A DNA stretch of 62,336 nucleotides, counting the filler. It is 8 parts of 8 records of this genome, joined end to end, with 100 filler letters (N's around TTAATTAATTAA, not from the genome) between each part and the next. Parts side by side here need not be neighbours in the genome. Positions count along the whole stretch, not along the records: positions 35,003 to 44,253 come from SRR31156797_32930; positions 44,354 to 50,809 come from SRR31156797_32934; 6 more parts are not named here. One strand, given 5' to 3'. Below, in pieces: positions 38,945 through 49,903 of the stretch. Position numbers and translations under genes: made by a program. The notes beneath the pieces were generated by a model. That model was not told where the DNA came from. It saw nothing but the letters and a program-made list of their open reading frames with translations, and ran no database searches. The first letter of the stretch is position 1; the number at the start of each line of letters is the position of its first letter.

Positions 38945-39565
38945 ATGGAACTCATCAACTTCATCATAAATTTCATTACCGCCATGAGCCTCGGCGAACA
39001 GCTCTCCATCGCCACCGGACTTATCTATATATTATTGAGCGTACGCCAGAACCCGCTCTGCTGGCCTTTCGGCATTGTCAGCGTGGGAATCTGGATGTTC
39101 ATTGTCTTTCAGGGCAAACTTTATTCTGATGCCTTCCTGCAATTCGTTTATGTCGTACTCGGTTTTTACGGCTGGTACCAGTGGCTACGCGGCGGCACGG
39201 ACAATACCCCACTCAAGGTCCAGCGCGTAGACCGCAAGCTGGCTATTCGTTTAGTCCTCATCGGGCTGGTAGCTTTCATCCCTACCGGCTACCTCATGGA
39301 GAACTATCTTGAAGCTTCCTTTCCGTGGTGGGACGCGTTGACCACCGTACTTTCACTCATTGCCCAGTACCTTCTGGCCAAGAAGTACATGGAAAACTGG
39401 CTGCTCTGGATCACCGCAGATGTCATGTATATCGGTATCTACTACGCCAAAGGATGGGTTGGATACAGTGGACTCATGGCAGTCTATACCGCCATGGCCG
39501 TGCTCGGTTTCATCAGCTGGCTCAAATCCTACCGCGCCGACCGGAAGCGTGAATGCTCCGCGTAG
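38945..39565 (+). CDS. pnuC: Nicotinamide riboside transporter PnuC
   Basis: YGWYQW, PWWDALTT, ENWLLWI. Confidence 0.88.
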   Translation: MELINFIINFITAMSLGEQLSIATGLIYILLSVRQNPLCWPFGIVSVGIWMFIVFQGKLYSDAFLQFVYVVLGFYGWYQWLRGGTDNTPLKVQRVDRKLAIRLVLIGLVAFIPTGYLMENYLEASFPWWDALTTVLSLIAQYLLAKKYMENWLLWITADVMYIGIYYAKGWVGYSGLMAVYTAMAVLGFISWLKSYRADRKRECSA

Positions 39566-40077
39566 TACTTACCGGCTCAGAGTGCACCGGCAAATCAACC
39601 CTCGCAACCAAGCTGGCCGAGCATTACAAAGTGGAAGTCGTGCCTGAATACCTGCGCGAATATTTTGAGATGAAAAACGGCATTCTAACCGTTGATGACG
39701 TTATTCCCATTGCGCGAGGCCAATTACAATACGAATCTAAAACCGCAACCAAAGGATACACCCCGCTTATCTGCGACACGGACATCATCTCGTCCATTGT
39801 CTATGCCAAACACTACTTTGGCGAATGCCCGTACTGGCTTGAAGAACAGCTCGAAAGACTAGGCCACGGCCTCTACCTGCTCTGTGACATTGATGTTCAA
39901 TGGCTGGCTGACGGACAACGGGACATGCCCAAGGACCGAGAGTACATGCAGGGATTGTTTATCAAGGAATTGCAGGACAGGAGGATCCCCTTTCACAACA
40001 TAACCGGATCCATCGAAGCCCGGACTGTTAAATCAATCAAATTGATTGATAATACACTGAACTCTGCGACAAAATAA
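39553..40077 (+). CDS. NadR-like ribosylnicotinamide kinase / AAA_28 ATPase
   Basis: GSECTGKST Walker A, PEYLREY, ICDTD, WLADGQR. Confidence 0.85.
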   Translation: MLRVVLTGSECTGKSTLATKLAEHYKVEVVPEYLREYFEMKNGILTVDDVIPIARGQLQYESKTATKGYTPLICDTDIISSIVYAKHYFGECPYWLEEQLERLGHGLYLLCDIDVQWLADGQRDMPKDREYMQGLFIKELQDRRIPFHNITGSIEARTVKSIKLIDNTLNSATK

Positions 40078-40380
40078 CCCATTCTACATACGCCATAGTC
40101 TACAAAGTACATTCTATCCCTGTAGCTGCAAAACAATAACTGCTTTCAAAAGAAACAGACATTCAATCGTGAAAACAATCACAACTTCTCTATTATGCTA
40201 AACAAAACACTCAATATTGATTGAATGATCAAAAGCAATCCCAGCACATAGCAAAACCATCAATTTCCCGCACTCATATTTACGCATTCATCAATCCTAC
40301 AATGAGCAAAACCTTGATCTTGAGCGAAAATTATGTAAGGTAAGTCAGGCTTTATAAGAATGAGAAACAAGGAGTATTGA

Positions 40381-41952
40381 ATGCGCCAAAAACTATTGAT
40401 TGTTCTAGCTATCGTGGCTTGCTTTGCCTTTGGAGCAACCATGGCCCATGCAGAAAAAATGACCCTCGGCCTGAAAGGTGAACCCACCTCTCTCGATCCC
40501 CATTTTCACAACGTTAACGCCAACAACGAGCAGGCTTTGTATGTTTTTGACAAACTGATCCGTCAGGACAACAGACAGAAACTTGAGCCGGGTCTGGCTA
40601 CATCCTGGAACCCCGTTTCCGACAACGTATGGGAATTCAAACTCCGCAAAGGCGTCAAATTTCACGACGGGTCCCCGTTCACTGCTGAAGATGTAAAATT
40701 CACCATTGAACGCATTCCCAACGTACCCAACAGTCCTTCTTCCTTCACCGGATTTGTTTCCAACATCCAGAAGATGGACATCGTTGATCCCTACACCATC
40801 CGTTTCATCACCGAAGCACCTGCTCCGCTTCTTCCCCGTCAGATGGCGGCTTTCCCCATCATCTCCAAGAAGAATGCTGAAGGCGCTACCACCGAAGATT
40901 TCAACTCCGGTAAAGCCTGCATCGGTACCGGCCCCTACTCTCTGGTTAAGTGGGAACGCGGTGACAAAATCATCTACAAGCGCAACGATAACTACTGGGG
41001 CAAAAAAATGCCTTGGGAAGAAATCATCATTCGCCCCATCACCAACGACGGTACCCGTGTTGCAGCTCTGAAATCCGGCGATGTTGACATGATCAACTTC
41101 GTACCCCCGGCAGACGTTGACGGTCTGGCAGATAACAAGAAACTCGTGCTTTCCGAATCTCCTTCCACCCGTCTGATCTACCTGCACCTCGACACCGACC
41201 GTGATGATTCCCCCACCGTTTCCGGTAACAACGGTGAAAAAATCAAGAACCCCCTGAAAGATTTCCGCGTACGTAAAGCCATCTCCAAGGCTATCAACCG
41301 CCGCGCCATTGCCGGCCGCATCATGGACGGTCTTGCAGTACCCGCGAGCCAGATGGTTCCCGATGGATACGAAGGCACCAGCAAACGCCTCAAGCCTGAA
41401 GCATACGATCCCAAGGGCGCTAAAGCTCTGCTTGCTGACGCCGGATACCCCGAAGGTTTCAAACTCGTTATCCACGGCCCCAACGACCGTTACGTCAACG
41501 ATGCTGACATTGCTCAGGCCATCGCACAGATGTTGACCAAAATTGGTATCAAGACTGAAGTTAACACCATGCCTAAGAGTGTATACTTCGGCCGCGCTTC
41601 CAAACTGGAATTCAGCTTCATGCTCGTAGGCTGGGCAACTGACACCGGTGAACAGTCCAACTGCATCGGCGCTCTGCTGCACACCTATGACAAAGAGAAA
41701 GGCTTCGGTTCTTCCAACCGCGGTCGCTACTCCAACCCTGAACTGGATGCCACCCTCGAAAAAGCTCTGGTCACCGTTGATCCTGAAAAGCACAACGAGC
41801 TGATCATCAAGGCTACCGAAATGGGTATTGGCGATCTAGGTATTATCCCCATCCACTATCAGGTTAACGTTTGGGGTTCCAGAAAAGGTATTGAATACAA
41901 CGGGCGTACTGACGGCTACACCCTCCCCCGCGAGATCAAAGTCGTTAAATAA
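40381..41952 (+). CDS. Peptide/nickel ABC transporter substrate-binding protein (family 5)
   Basis: Signal peptide; LRKGVKFHDGSPFTAEDVKF; GTGPY. Confidence 0.92.
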   Translation: MRQKLLIVLAIVACFAFGATMAHAEKMTLGLKGEPTSLDPHFHNVNANNEQALYVFDKLIRQDNRQKLEPGLATSWNPVSDNVWEFKLRKGVKFHDGSPFTAEDVKFTIERIPNVPNSPSSFTGFVSNIQKMDIVDPYTIRFITEAPAPLLPRQMAAFPIISKKNAEGATTEDFNSGKACIGTGPYSLVKWERGDKIIYKRNDNYWGKKMPWEEIIIRPITNDGTRVAALKSGDVDMINFVPPADVDGLADNKKLVLSESPSTRLIYLHLDTDRDDSPTVSGNNGEKIKNPLKDFRVRKAISKAINRRAIAGRIMDGLAVPASQMVPDGYEGTSKRLKPEAYDPKGAKALLADAGYPEGFKLVIHGPNDRYVNDADIAQAIAQMLTKIGIKTEVNTMPKSVYFGRASKLEFSFMLVGWATDTGEQSNCIGALLHTYDKEKGFGSSNRGRYSNPELDATLEKALVTVDPEKHNELIIKATEMGIGDLGIIPIHYQVNVWGSRKGIEYNGRTDGYTLPREIKVVK

Positions 41953-41975
41953 ATCGCCTGCATAACTGATTAATC

Positions 41976-42005
41976 AAAAGGGGCGTACTTTGTGCGCCCC
42001 TTTTT
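41976..42005 (+). terminator. Intra-operon hairpin or terminator after the SBP gene
   Basis: AAAAGGGGCGTAC-TTT-GTGCGCCCCTTTTT. Confidence 0.65.
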
Positions 42006-42023
42006 CAACTGGAGCAAAATTTC

Positions 42024-42998
42024 ATGCTCGCATTTTTGATTCGAAGAATTTCACAATCCATCGCCGTACTGCTGGTCATGTCTGTACTGGTCTTCAGCGG
42101 CGTATACTGTATCGGTAACCCGATCGATATTCTTATCGCCCCTGATGCGTCCCCCGCTGAAAGGGATCGCGCTATCAAAGAACTCGGCTTGGATAAGCCC
42201 CTGCCCGAACAATACATGCGCTTTCTCACAGATGCTGTGCAAGGCGATCTCGGGAACTCTTTTGTATACAACGAACCCGCGCTTAAACTGATCATGCAGC
42301 GCATGCCCGCAACCATGGAGCTGGCTGTAACCGCCATGCTCATGGCCGTATTTTTTGGCATCCCGCTGGGTATGATCGCCGGTATTAAATCGGATACGCT
42401 ACTCGGACGAAGTATCATGCGTTTCTCCATATTGGGCTTCAGTCTACCAACTTTCTGGGTCGGGCTGATGTTCATTATTATCTTCTCAGTTTATCTGGGC
42501 TGGCTGCCCTCGGGAGGACGTGGGGAAACAGTGGAGTTACTCGGCGTTCCGGTCAGTTTTCTCACTTGGGACGGCATCCGCCACCTGATCCTCCCGGCCA
42601 TGAACCTCGCACTATTTAAGACCTCGCTGGCCATCAGGCTCAGCCGCGCCGGGGTGCAGGAAAACATCCAGATGGATTACGTTAAGTTCGCCCGCGCCAA
42701 GGGACTTACCAACACCCGCATTATCGGGCTGCACGTCATGAAGAATATCATGATCCCGGTTGTAACTGTTCTGGGTATGGAGTTCGGCGGACTGATCGCT
42801 TTTGCGGTTGTTACCGAGACCATTTTCTCTTGGCCCGGTATGGGTAAGCTGGTCATCGACTCCATCGGGGTTCTCGACCGTCCGGTTATCGTTGCTTACC
42901 TACTCATTACCGTGACCATGTTTATCATCATCAACCTCATCGTTGATATCATCTACTCCATTCTGGACCCCCGAGTCCGCTTGGGCGACCAGAATTAG
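42024..42998 (+). CDS. ABC transporter permease (DppB-like)
   Basis: GDLGNS, DYVKFARAKG, ETIFSWPGMG, DPRVR. Confidence 0.92.
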   Translation: MLAFLIRRISQSIAVLLVMSVLVFSGVYCIGNPIDILIAPDASPAERDRAIKELGLDKPLPEQYMRFLTDAVQGDLGNSFVYNEPALKLIMQRMPATMELAVTAMLMAVFFGIPLGMIAGIKSDTLLGRSIMRFSILGFSLPTFWVGLMFIIIFSVYLGWLPSGGRGETVELLGVPVSFLTWDGIRHLILPAMNLALFKTSLAIRLSRAGVQENIQMDYVKFARAKGLTNTRIIGLHVMKNIMIPVVTVLGMEFGGLIAFAVVTETIFSWPGMGKLVIDSIGVLDRPVIVAYLLITVTMFIIINLIVDIIYSILDPRVRLGDQN

Positions 42999-43009
42999 GA
43001 GATTTCACT

Positions 43010-43948
43010 ATGGCAGAAACACAACAAACGCAGCAGCCGGAAATGTCCGCAACCGACAACATGCCGGAAAAAGACGAATCTCTGCTCCTGCAATCACTGA
43101 AAGAATACTTTGAAAGCAAGACCGCGACCATCGGGCTGATTATTTTCAGCATTATGATCATCGTGGCTCTGGCTTCCCCGTACATTTCACCGCAGAACCC
43201 GTACGACCTGATGACCATCGACATCATGGACTCCAAGCTGGAACCCGGCGAGAAATCCATGGACGAATCCATCACCTACTGGCTGGGTACAGACAGTCAG
43301 GGACGCGATATGCTCAGTGCTATCCTTTACGGACTGCGCATCAGTCTCGGCGTAGGTGTAGTCAGTACCGTCATCGCACTGGTCATCGGCTCAATCATCG
43401 GTCTCTGGGCCTCGTTTATAGGCGGACGCACGGACTCGTTCATTATGCGAGTGGTGGATTTGCAACTAAGTTTCCCGGCAATTCTAGTCGCATTGATACT
43501 ACTGGCGATACTAGGAAAAGGGGTGGATAAGATCATCCTCTCGCTGGTAATTGTGCAGTGGGCCTACTACGCCCGCGCCATCCGCAGTAACGTGCTGGTG
43601 GAACGGCGTAAGGAATACGTGGAGGCAGCAAAATGTCTCGCCCTGCCCCAGAACAGGATCATGTTCGGGCATGTATTGCCCAACTGTACGCCGGAACTGA
43701 TCGTTATCTCGACAGTAAAGGTAGCCGGGGCCATCGCCCTCGAGGCAACCCTCTCCTTTCTCGGACTGGGTATGCCCATCACTCAGCCATCACTGGGTCT
43801 ACTTATCGCCAACGGCTTCAAATATCTGCAGTCCGGTTACTACTGGATCAGTTTCTATCCCGGCGTAGCCCTGCTAATCCTCATCGTATCCATCAACCTT
43901 GTTGGTGACCGCTTGCGTGACGTTCTGAACCCGAGGTTGAAAAAATGA
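43010..43948 (+). CDS. ABC transporter permease (DppC-like)
   Basis: WLGTDSQGRD, EYVEAA, LSFLGLG, GDRLRD. Confidence 0.92.
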   Translation: MAETQQTQQPEMSATDNMPEKDESLLLQSLKEYFESKTATIGLIIFSIMIIVALASPYISPQNPYDLMTIDIMDSKLEPGEKSMDESITYWLGTDSQGRDMLSAILYGLRISLGVGVVSTVIALVIGSIIGLWASFIGGRTDSFIMRVVDLQLSFPAILVALILLAILGKGVDKIILSLVIVQWAYYARAIRSNVLVERRKEYVEAAKCLALPQNRIMFGHVLPNCTPELIVISTVKVAGAIALEATLSFLGLGMPITQPSLGLLIANGFKYLQSGYYWISFYPGVALLILIVSINLVGDRLRDVLNPRLKK

Positions 43949-44253
43949 GTGAAAACGTTCTCAGCATACAAAATCTTAAGACCTACTTTTACACCCGTGC
44001 CGGAATCGCCAAGGCCGTTGATGATATCAGCCTCGACATCGGCAAAGGTGAGATCGTCGGTATTGTGGGTGAATCCGGTTCCGGTAAATCCGTAACAGGT
44101 TTCTCGATCATGGGTCTTGTGGACCCTCCGGGTGAAATTGCCGGTGGCTCCATTAAGTACAAGGGACAGGAAATCATCGGACAGTCCGAAGAGGAATGGC
44201 GCAAATTCAGGGGCGCAAAGGTCTCCATGATCTTTCAGGACCCCATGATGACC
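43945..44253 (+). CDS. ABC transporter ATP-binding protein (DppD-like), 3' truncated
   Basis: GESGSGKS; MIFQDPM. Confidence 0.9.
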
Positions 44254-44353
44254 NNNNNNNNNNNNNNNNNNNNNNNNNNNNNNNNNNNNNNNNNNNNTTA
44301 ATTAATTAANNNNNNNNNNNNNNNNNNNNNNNNNNNNNNNNNNNNNNNNNNNN
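44254..44353. other. Artificial contig spacer
   Basis: N run with TTAATTAATTAA. Confidence 0.98.
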
Positions 44354-45231
44354 GGCAGGGGTGAACCGGCAAAAACAAGGGCCCTCAAGGAGCCGAGGTC
44401 GTAGTCCTTGACATCGGGCAGAGCCATAATGAACGCAGCCATGGTCGGCACCCAGTTTGATATGGTAACTTTTTCTGACTGGATCAATTGCAGCGTTTCC
44501 ACGGCGTTGAACTGGTGGAGAACGTTCCTGGCGCCGGTATAGACGCCCATGAGTATCCAGGCGAATCCCACCCGGCCGAAAGCCGGAAAAACAGTCAGTA
44601 TAACGTCGTCCCGAACCATGTCCAGGGCATGAGAAAAAAGCGGAACCATGGCGTTGTTGTAATGGGTCAGCAGGTAGGCCTTGGGCAGGCCGGTAGTGCC
44701 TGAAGTCAGGTTTAAGTACTGGTAATCCTCTTCAAACACTTCCACGGCCGGCTCATCTTTTGAAGATTGGGTCACAAGCTGTTCATAATCGTGGGCGAAA
44801 TCCGGCCGGCCGTCTCCCATGCCTACAAACAGTTCCACCCCGGGCAGGGCTTCCTTGACCTGGCCGGCGATCTCGCCAAACCAGGGATCAAAAATCATGG
44901 CCCTGGCCTCGCAGTATTCCATCAGTTCCATCATTTCAGCGGGCGCCAGGCGGTAGTTTAATGGAATGCCCAGAACGCCGATCTTGGCCAGGGCGAAATA
45001 TGTTTCCACGATTTCCACGCGGTTGGTAATAAGAAAGGCGCAGACATCGCCTTTTTTAAGCCCCAATTCCAAAAGGCCGTTGGCCAGGCCGTTTACCCGC
45101 TGATTGGTTTCATGAAATGTAAAACGACGCCCGGTGGAGGAGCAGAAAAACGATTCCCGGTCCCGAAAGCGGATGGCCGAAACCTTCAGGAAGTTGCCGA
45201 CATTCAATGTTCCCGTTGCCTTTTTTCCCAT
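44354..45231 (-). CDS. AMP-binding acyl-CoA synthetase, 3' truncated
   Basis: LTSGTTGLPK AMP-binding motif; PLNYRL. Confidence 0.9.
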
Positions 45232-45420
45232 AGCATGTCTCCTTTCATTACTTCAGATGGAATATTCATCAGAACATGGGATGAAACGATTTGCGCGTTA
45301 TGACCTGATTCCGTCCTGACGCGATTTTTTCCTGAACAGAATTTGGAAATAGTTAGTCAGACGTTAATATCGGGATTTCCAGCCCCACTGGGATATCGTT
45401 CGTAACGGCTGCAATAAATA

Positions 45421-46221
45421 TTAATCGCTTTTTTCTTTAGAATCCAAAAAGGCGCGCACAATGGCCTTGTGTTCCTCGGACTGAAGCATTATGGCCTGGT
45501 GGGATGCTTCCCATTCCATGACTTCTTTCAAGGTCATGTTAAAACTCCCTACCAGCCCTTCCTTGATCAGGGCCAGGGCCTTGCCGGATTTCTGAACCAG
45601 CTTTGACGCCAACAGATCGACTTCACGGTCGAGGTCTGCATCGGGCACGCACTTATAAATCAATCCCATGGCCGCGGCCGTGGGGCCGTCGATCTCTTCC
45701 CCGAGCAAGCCCAGTTCCATGGCCTTGGGCAGGCCGACCAACCGAGGTAGAAAATAATGGCCGCCCCCGTCCATTATCACGCCGATATTGGAAAACACTT
45801 CGCAAAAACGCATGGTGTCGGAAGCAACCACAAAATCCCCGGCCAGGGCCATATTCGCCCCTACGCCGTAGGCAACGCCCCTGACCTTGCAGATTATGGG
45901 CTTGGGCAGTTCCCGCATGGTGATGATAAGTTTGGAAAGTCCCTTCATCCGCCACAACCAGTCTACCGGACCAATTTTTTGATTAAGCAGGTTCATGTCC
46001 GCCCCGGATGTAAAATTTTTCCCCGCGCCCTGCAAAACCACCACCCTGACTTCATCATCCATGGCAATGCTTTCCATGGCTGTCATCAATTCGAATCCCA
46101 ATTCATTATTAAAAGCATTCATGATCCTGGGGCGATTCATGGTTAAAAAACAGACGCCGTTTTTCTTTTCCACTAGAACCATTCCTGTTTCCCTGGCATC
46201 GTTTTGATGGTTTGCTTCCAT
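45421..46221 (-). CDS. Enoyl-CoA hydratase/isomerase family protein
   Basis: MNRPRIMNAF, FTSGADM, LPRLVG. Confidence 0.9.
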   Translation of the reverse strand: MEANHQNDARETGMVLVEKKNGVCFLTMNRPRIMNAFNNELGFELMTAMESIAMDDEVRVVVLQGAGKNFTSGADMNLLNQKIGPVDWLWRMKGLSKLIITMRELPKPIICKVRGVAYGVGANMALAGDFVVASDTMRFCEVFSNIGVIMDGGGHYFLPRLVGLPKAMELGLLGEEIDGPTAAAMGLIYKCVPDADLDREVDLLASKLVQKSGKALALIKEGLVGSFNMTLKEVMEWEASHQAIMLQSEEHKAIVRAFLDSKEKSD

Positions 46222-46236
46222 TACGTTCCTTTCTCT

Positions 46237-46869
46237 TTATGATGTATTCCGTGTTTTAGCCTCAATTCCGGAAAAGATGATCCGGCAGGCTTCCTCGGTC
46301 AATTCATCAGCGGAAAATTCCCGGCCGAAAATAACGCCGGGCAGACAAAGATGTTCTATGGTTCCCAAAACAATCTGACGGATGCATTCCGGAGATAAAT
46401 CGTCCCGTATTTCCCCGTGATATACGCCTTCTTTGATGATATCCAGAATCATGTTTCCATAGTCCTGGATGATCCGGTACGCGCCGGACTGGAAAAACAA
46501 GGGGTAGCTTCTGACTTCCAGAAGAAGCAATTTGGCAAACACCCTGTTCCGGTTATGTGTGTCGATATGGTTCCTGATTACACAGCGGAGTTTGTTCAAG
46601 GCGCCATAAGTCCCTTGCAGGGACTGCTTTATTAAGAGGACATAAGCTTCCAAAAGATCCTCGAGTACGCTGAACATCAGCCCCTGTTTGTCCTTGAAAT
46701 GCTGATAGATCAAGGCCTCGCTGACACCGGCCGTTCTGGCGATTTCGCCCCAGGTGATATCGTTGTAAGCTTTTTCTCCGAGCAATTTTATAACCGCTTC
46801 GGAAATTTTAACCCGGCCCGGGGCTTTGGGTTTGGATTCCCGCGGATGCACTTTTACGGATTTATCCAT
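46237..46869 (-). CDS. TetR/AcrR family regulator (start uncertain)
   Basis: EIARTAGVSEALIYQHFKDK. Confidence 0.88.
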   Translation of the reverse strand: MDKSVKVHPRESKPKAPGRVKISEAVIKLLGEKAYNDITWGEIARTAGVSEALIYQHFKDKQGLMFSVLEDLLEAYVLLIKQSLQGTYGALNKLRCVIRNHIDTHNRNRVFAKLLLLEVRSYPLFFQSGAYRIIQDYGNMILDIIKEGVYHGEIRDDLSPECIRQIVLGTIEHLCLPGVIFGREFSADELTEEACRIIFSGIEAKTRNTS

Positions 46870-47085
46870 ATATAATCTTTCACTTCCCATCACATTTTCA
46901 AACGGAGTCGACGCGAATAATCGCAAAGAAATCGGCCCCCCGAAAGATTTATACGTTCAGCTTATCTGATTATAAGTTCAACTTAGTATCGACAGACTGT
47001 TATTGTCAAGAAAAATAAAGGCGCCCGGGAGGGGCGCCGCTACATCAGGAGAGTAATAGTGACTGTGTACTAACAAACGTGGAAG

Positions 47086-48432
47086 TCAGGCCTGGCTGCC
47101 TTGCTCCCTCAGTCCGACGGAATTAGCAATCTGTTCCGGATCCTCAATTGCGGCGGCCATTTCAAATTCACGGGTAAATGATCTTGCCCCCAGGAAACAC
47201 AATAGGGCCGCAACTAAATAAAATACGGGAATTACGGCAAACGCGGCCATCATATCGGGATTTTCCGGCGTTCCCATTATATCCGAAAACCATCCGATAA
47301 CAGTTGAACCCGGGCTTGCCAGCAAGTAGGCGACAAACAGCATCAAAGCCATGCTCAGGCTTCTCAATCTAAGAGGCGCCAGGTCCATTATGGCAGCGCC
47401 TAAGGGTGACAACAGGGCATACCCGAGAACGGCCGTGCCCGTAAAACCGATGTACCCGATTACAAACCACCCCTTGAAATCCGCGGCCAGGCCGAAGGTT
47501 AGAAAAACAAAATTCAAAAGAGCATAAACTGCCGTAGCCAAGGGTCTTGCATTATTGCGCTTTTCTTTCCATTTATCGGCGATGACGCCTGCCAGAATAG
47601 ATCCTGCGGCGGCAAAAACAAAGACCAGTCCGAACATGGCCGATGACTTGGCCACATCCCACCCGCGGGTTCTCATCAGGTAAAGGGGCAAAAACTGCAA
47701 AATAGCCGTAGCCCCGAAAAGGTTAACCGCCAATCCCAGGGACAAGAACCAGAAGGTGCGAAATCTCATTATGAGGCCCATGTCCTTGAAGATGCCGCCC
47801 TCTGCTGAACTATCCGTTTGAATATGGGTTGAATAATCCCTGGTGAATAATATCAGTATGCCGAAAAGTACGCCCGGGACGGCAAACAGGTAATATGGAG
47901 CTCGCCACCCCAAACCCCACAAGTCTGCTTTAGCGATATAACCGCCCAGCAGGGCGCCCAGTATCAACCCGATAGGCCCGCCCATCACAAAAAAGCCCAT
48001 GACCTTGGCCCGGCTCTTTTCGGGAAAAGATCCGGAAAGGTAGGCCATGCCTCCCGGGGCGAAGCCGGCCTCGCCAATGCCGACCCATCCCCTGGCGTTC
48101 AATAGCGCCAGGAAAGAATTCCCACGACCGGTCAGGTAAGTGGCGATGCTCCATATCACGGCCATTACAGCCAGTGATTTTTTCCTGCTCCACCGATCGA
48201 CAATAATTCCGGCCGGGATCGTCAATATCGAAACCATGATGAAATATATGCTGCCCAGCCAGCCTAGTTGTGCGTCCGAGAAGTTAAGATCGGCTTTTAT
48301 CAAGGGAAGGGTAACCGAAATGATCGTCCGGTCCATGTAATTGATTATGTAAAGCAATGTTACTGTGATCAGGATAAAGATCGAATTGCCCCTGTTGCTT
48401 TGAAAGTCTTGTTCGCGCGTTTCATCTGGCAT
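47086..48432 (-). CDS. MFS transporter (spinster/ACS-like)
   Basis: NYMDR, IVDRWSRKK, GIGEAG, WRAPY. Confidence 0.88.
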   Translation of the reverse strand: MPDETREQDFQSNRGNSIFILITVTLLYIINYMDRTIISVTLPLIKADLNFSDAQLGWLGSIYFIMVSILTIPAGIIVDRWSRKKSLAVMAVIWSIATYLTGRGNSFLALLNARGWVGIGEAGFAPGGMAYLSGSFPEKSRAKVMGFFVMGGPIGLILGALLGGYIAKADLWGLGWRAPYYLFAVPGVLFGILILFTRDYSTHIQTDSSAEGGIFKDMGLIMRFRTFWFLSLGLAVNLFGATAILQFLPLYLMRTRGWDVAKSSAMFGLVFVFAAAGSILAGVIADKWKEKRNNARPLATAVYALLNFVFLTFGLAADFKGWFVIGYIGFTGTAVLGYALLSPLGAAIMDLAPLRLRSLSMALMLFVAYLLASPGSTVIGWFSDIMGTPENPDMMAAFAVIPVFYLVAALLCFLGARSFTREFEMAAAIEDPEQIANSVGLREQGSQA

Positions 48433-48509
48433 TAGCCTTCTCCATGTAACCTTTTACCGTGGTAAAAAGATTTAGTGAATTATTAACTCAGATGATTTTT
48501 CATCCCTTT

Positions 48510-49739
48510 TCAGGCGATATTTTTTTCTACCTTGCCGTCCTTGATGACGATTTTAACGTTGTCCGGGTCGGCCATGATTGATATGTCCTCCAGGGGATTG
48601 CCGGCCACTACTATTACATCGGCCAGGAAGCCGGCCGCCAGGCGTCCGATTTGATTTTCCATCTGCATCAATTCGGCGCCGATTTTTGTAGCTGAAACAA
48701 TCGTGTCCATGGGACTGAGTCCGGCTTCTGTCAGTTGGACGAATTCCATGCCGTTTTTTCCATAAGGGCACATGACCGGGTCGCCAAGAAAGTCCGCGCC
48801 CAGGCCGATTTTTATTCCGGCCTCGTGAGCTTTTCTTACGGATATATAGTGGGCTTCGTACGATGCTTTTATTTTGGGCACGATCCAGGCGGGAATAAAG
48901 TCGATAAACGTCATGTACATATGCGCGATGGAAAAGGTCGGCACCAGCCAGGCGTTGTTTTTGACCATGAGTTCGATGCACTCGTCATCGAGGAAAATTC
49001 CGTGTTCAATGCTGAGGACGCCGCCCAGAAGAGCGTTTTTAATTCCCTGGGTTCCCTGGGCGTGAGTGGCCACGTAAGTGTCACGGCGATTTGCTTCTTC
49101 CACAAAGACCTTGATTTCATCCATGGAATAATGGCTGTGAGTATTGATATCGCCCTGGGAAGTAATGCCGCCAGTGGTCATGATTTTAATGAAATCGGCC
49201 CCGGCGCGGAATTCCTCGCGGGCAGCCCTGCGGCAGTCGTCCACGCCGTCAACGATATGGGCAAAGCCCAGGCCCTTACACAATTCCACCGGCAATTTCT
49301 GGACAAGGTCTCCGTGGCCGCCGGTCTGGGTCATGACCTTGCCGCTGGATGACAGGCGCGGCCCGCGCACGATTCCCTTGTCAAAAGATTCCTTCATCAG
49401 GTTTCCATATCCGCCCACATCTCTGGCGGAAGTGAAGCCGGCGTCCAGTAGAGCGCCGCAGTCGGCCACGGCCTGGCAGATCAGCTCAGGCATGGACTTC
49501 TGGTACATTTCAACAGGATTCAGGGTTCCCGTACCCGCAATGTGGCAATGCTGCTCGATCAGTCCGGGCAGGACCGTGCCGTTTTCAATTTCCATCACCT
49601 GGATATCCGGGGGCAGTTCCATCCCCTTTTGGTCCCCGGAATATTCAATCTTGTTTCCATCAATGACGACCAGGCCGGCTTCAACGGGATCGCCGCCGGC
49701 GCCGTCGATCATTCTGCCTTTAATCGCTGTTTTGCTCAT
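48510..49739 (-). CDS. Metal-dependent amidohydrolase family protein (prolidase-like)
   Basis: LPGLIEQHCH, GGHGD, ADFIKIMTTGG, HAQG, IEHG; ATG 49739 after GGAGGA. Confidence 0.88.
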   Translation of the reverse strand: MSKTAIKGRMIDGAGGDPVEAGLVVIDGNKIEYSGDQKGMELPPDIQVMEIENGTVLPGLIEQHCHIAGTGTLNPVEMYQKSMPELICQAVADCGALLDAGFTSARDVGGYGNLMKESFDKGIVRGPRLSSSGKVMTQTGGHGDLVQKLPVELCKGLGFAHIVDGVDDCRRAAREEFRAGADFIKIMTTGGITSQGDINTHSHYSMDEIKVFVEEANRRDTYVATHAQGTQGIKNALLGGVLSIEHGIFLDDECIELMVKNNAWLVPTFSIAHMYMTFIDFIPAWIVPKIKASYEAHYISVRKAHEAGIKIGLGADFLGDPVMCPYGKNGMEFVQLTEAGLSPMDTIVSATKIGAELMQMENQIGRLAAGFLADVIVVAGNPLEDISIMADPDNVKIVIKDGKVEKNIA

Positions 49740-49816
49740 TTTTCTTCCTCCCGAGTTGTTCTCAAACTGCCTAACGGGCGCGCTCATAAGAGAGGCCGTA
49801 TGCCGCCAACTTATAA

Positions 49817-49837
49817 TATCTAATTGTATGATATTTT
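49817..49837. promoter_or_regulatory. Putative FadR/GntR operator upstream of amidohydrolase
   Basis: TATCTAATTGTATGATATTTT resembles the palindrome at 50705-50725. Confidence 0.5.
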
Positions 49838-49903
49838 GATTAACATCGAAAAACGCCGCCGTCACATAAAGCTGCGCCGGAATCTTCTTAATGGACTGTT
49901 TCT

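Noticed and set aside
40405..41793. 462-aa antisense ORF
   Set aside because: Shadow of the strongly codon-biased ABC substrate-binding gene; no recognisable motifs.
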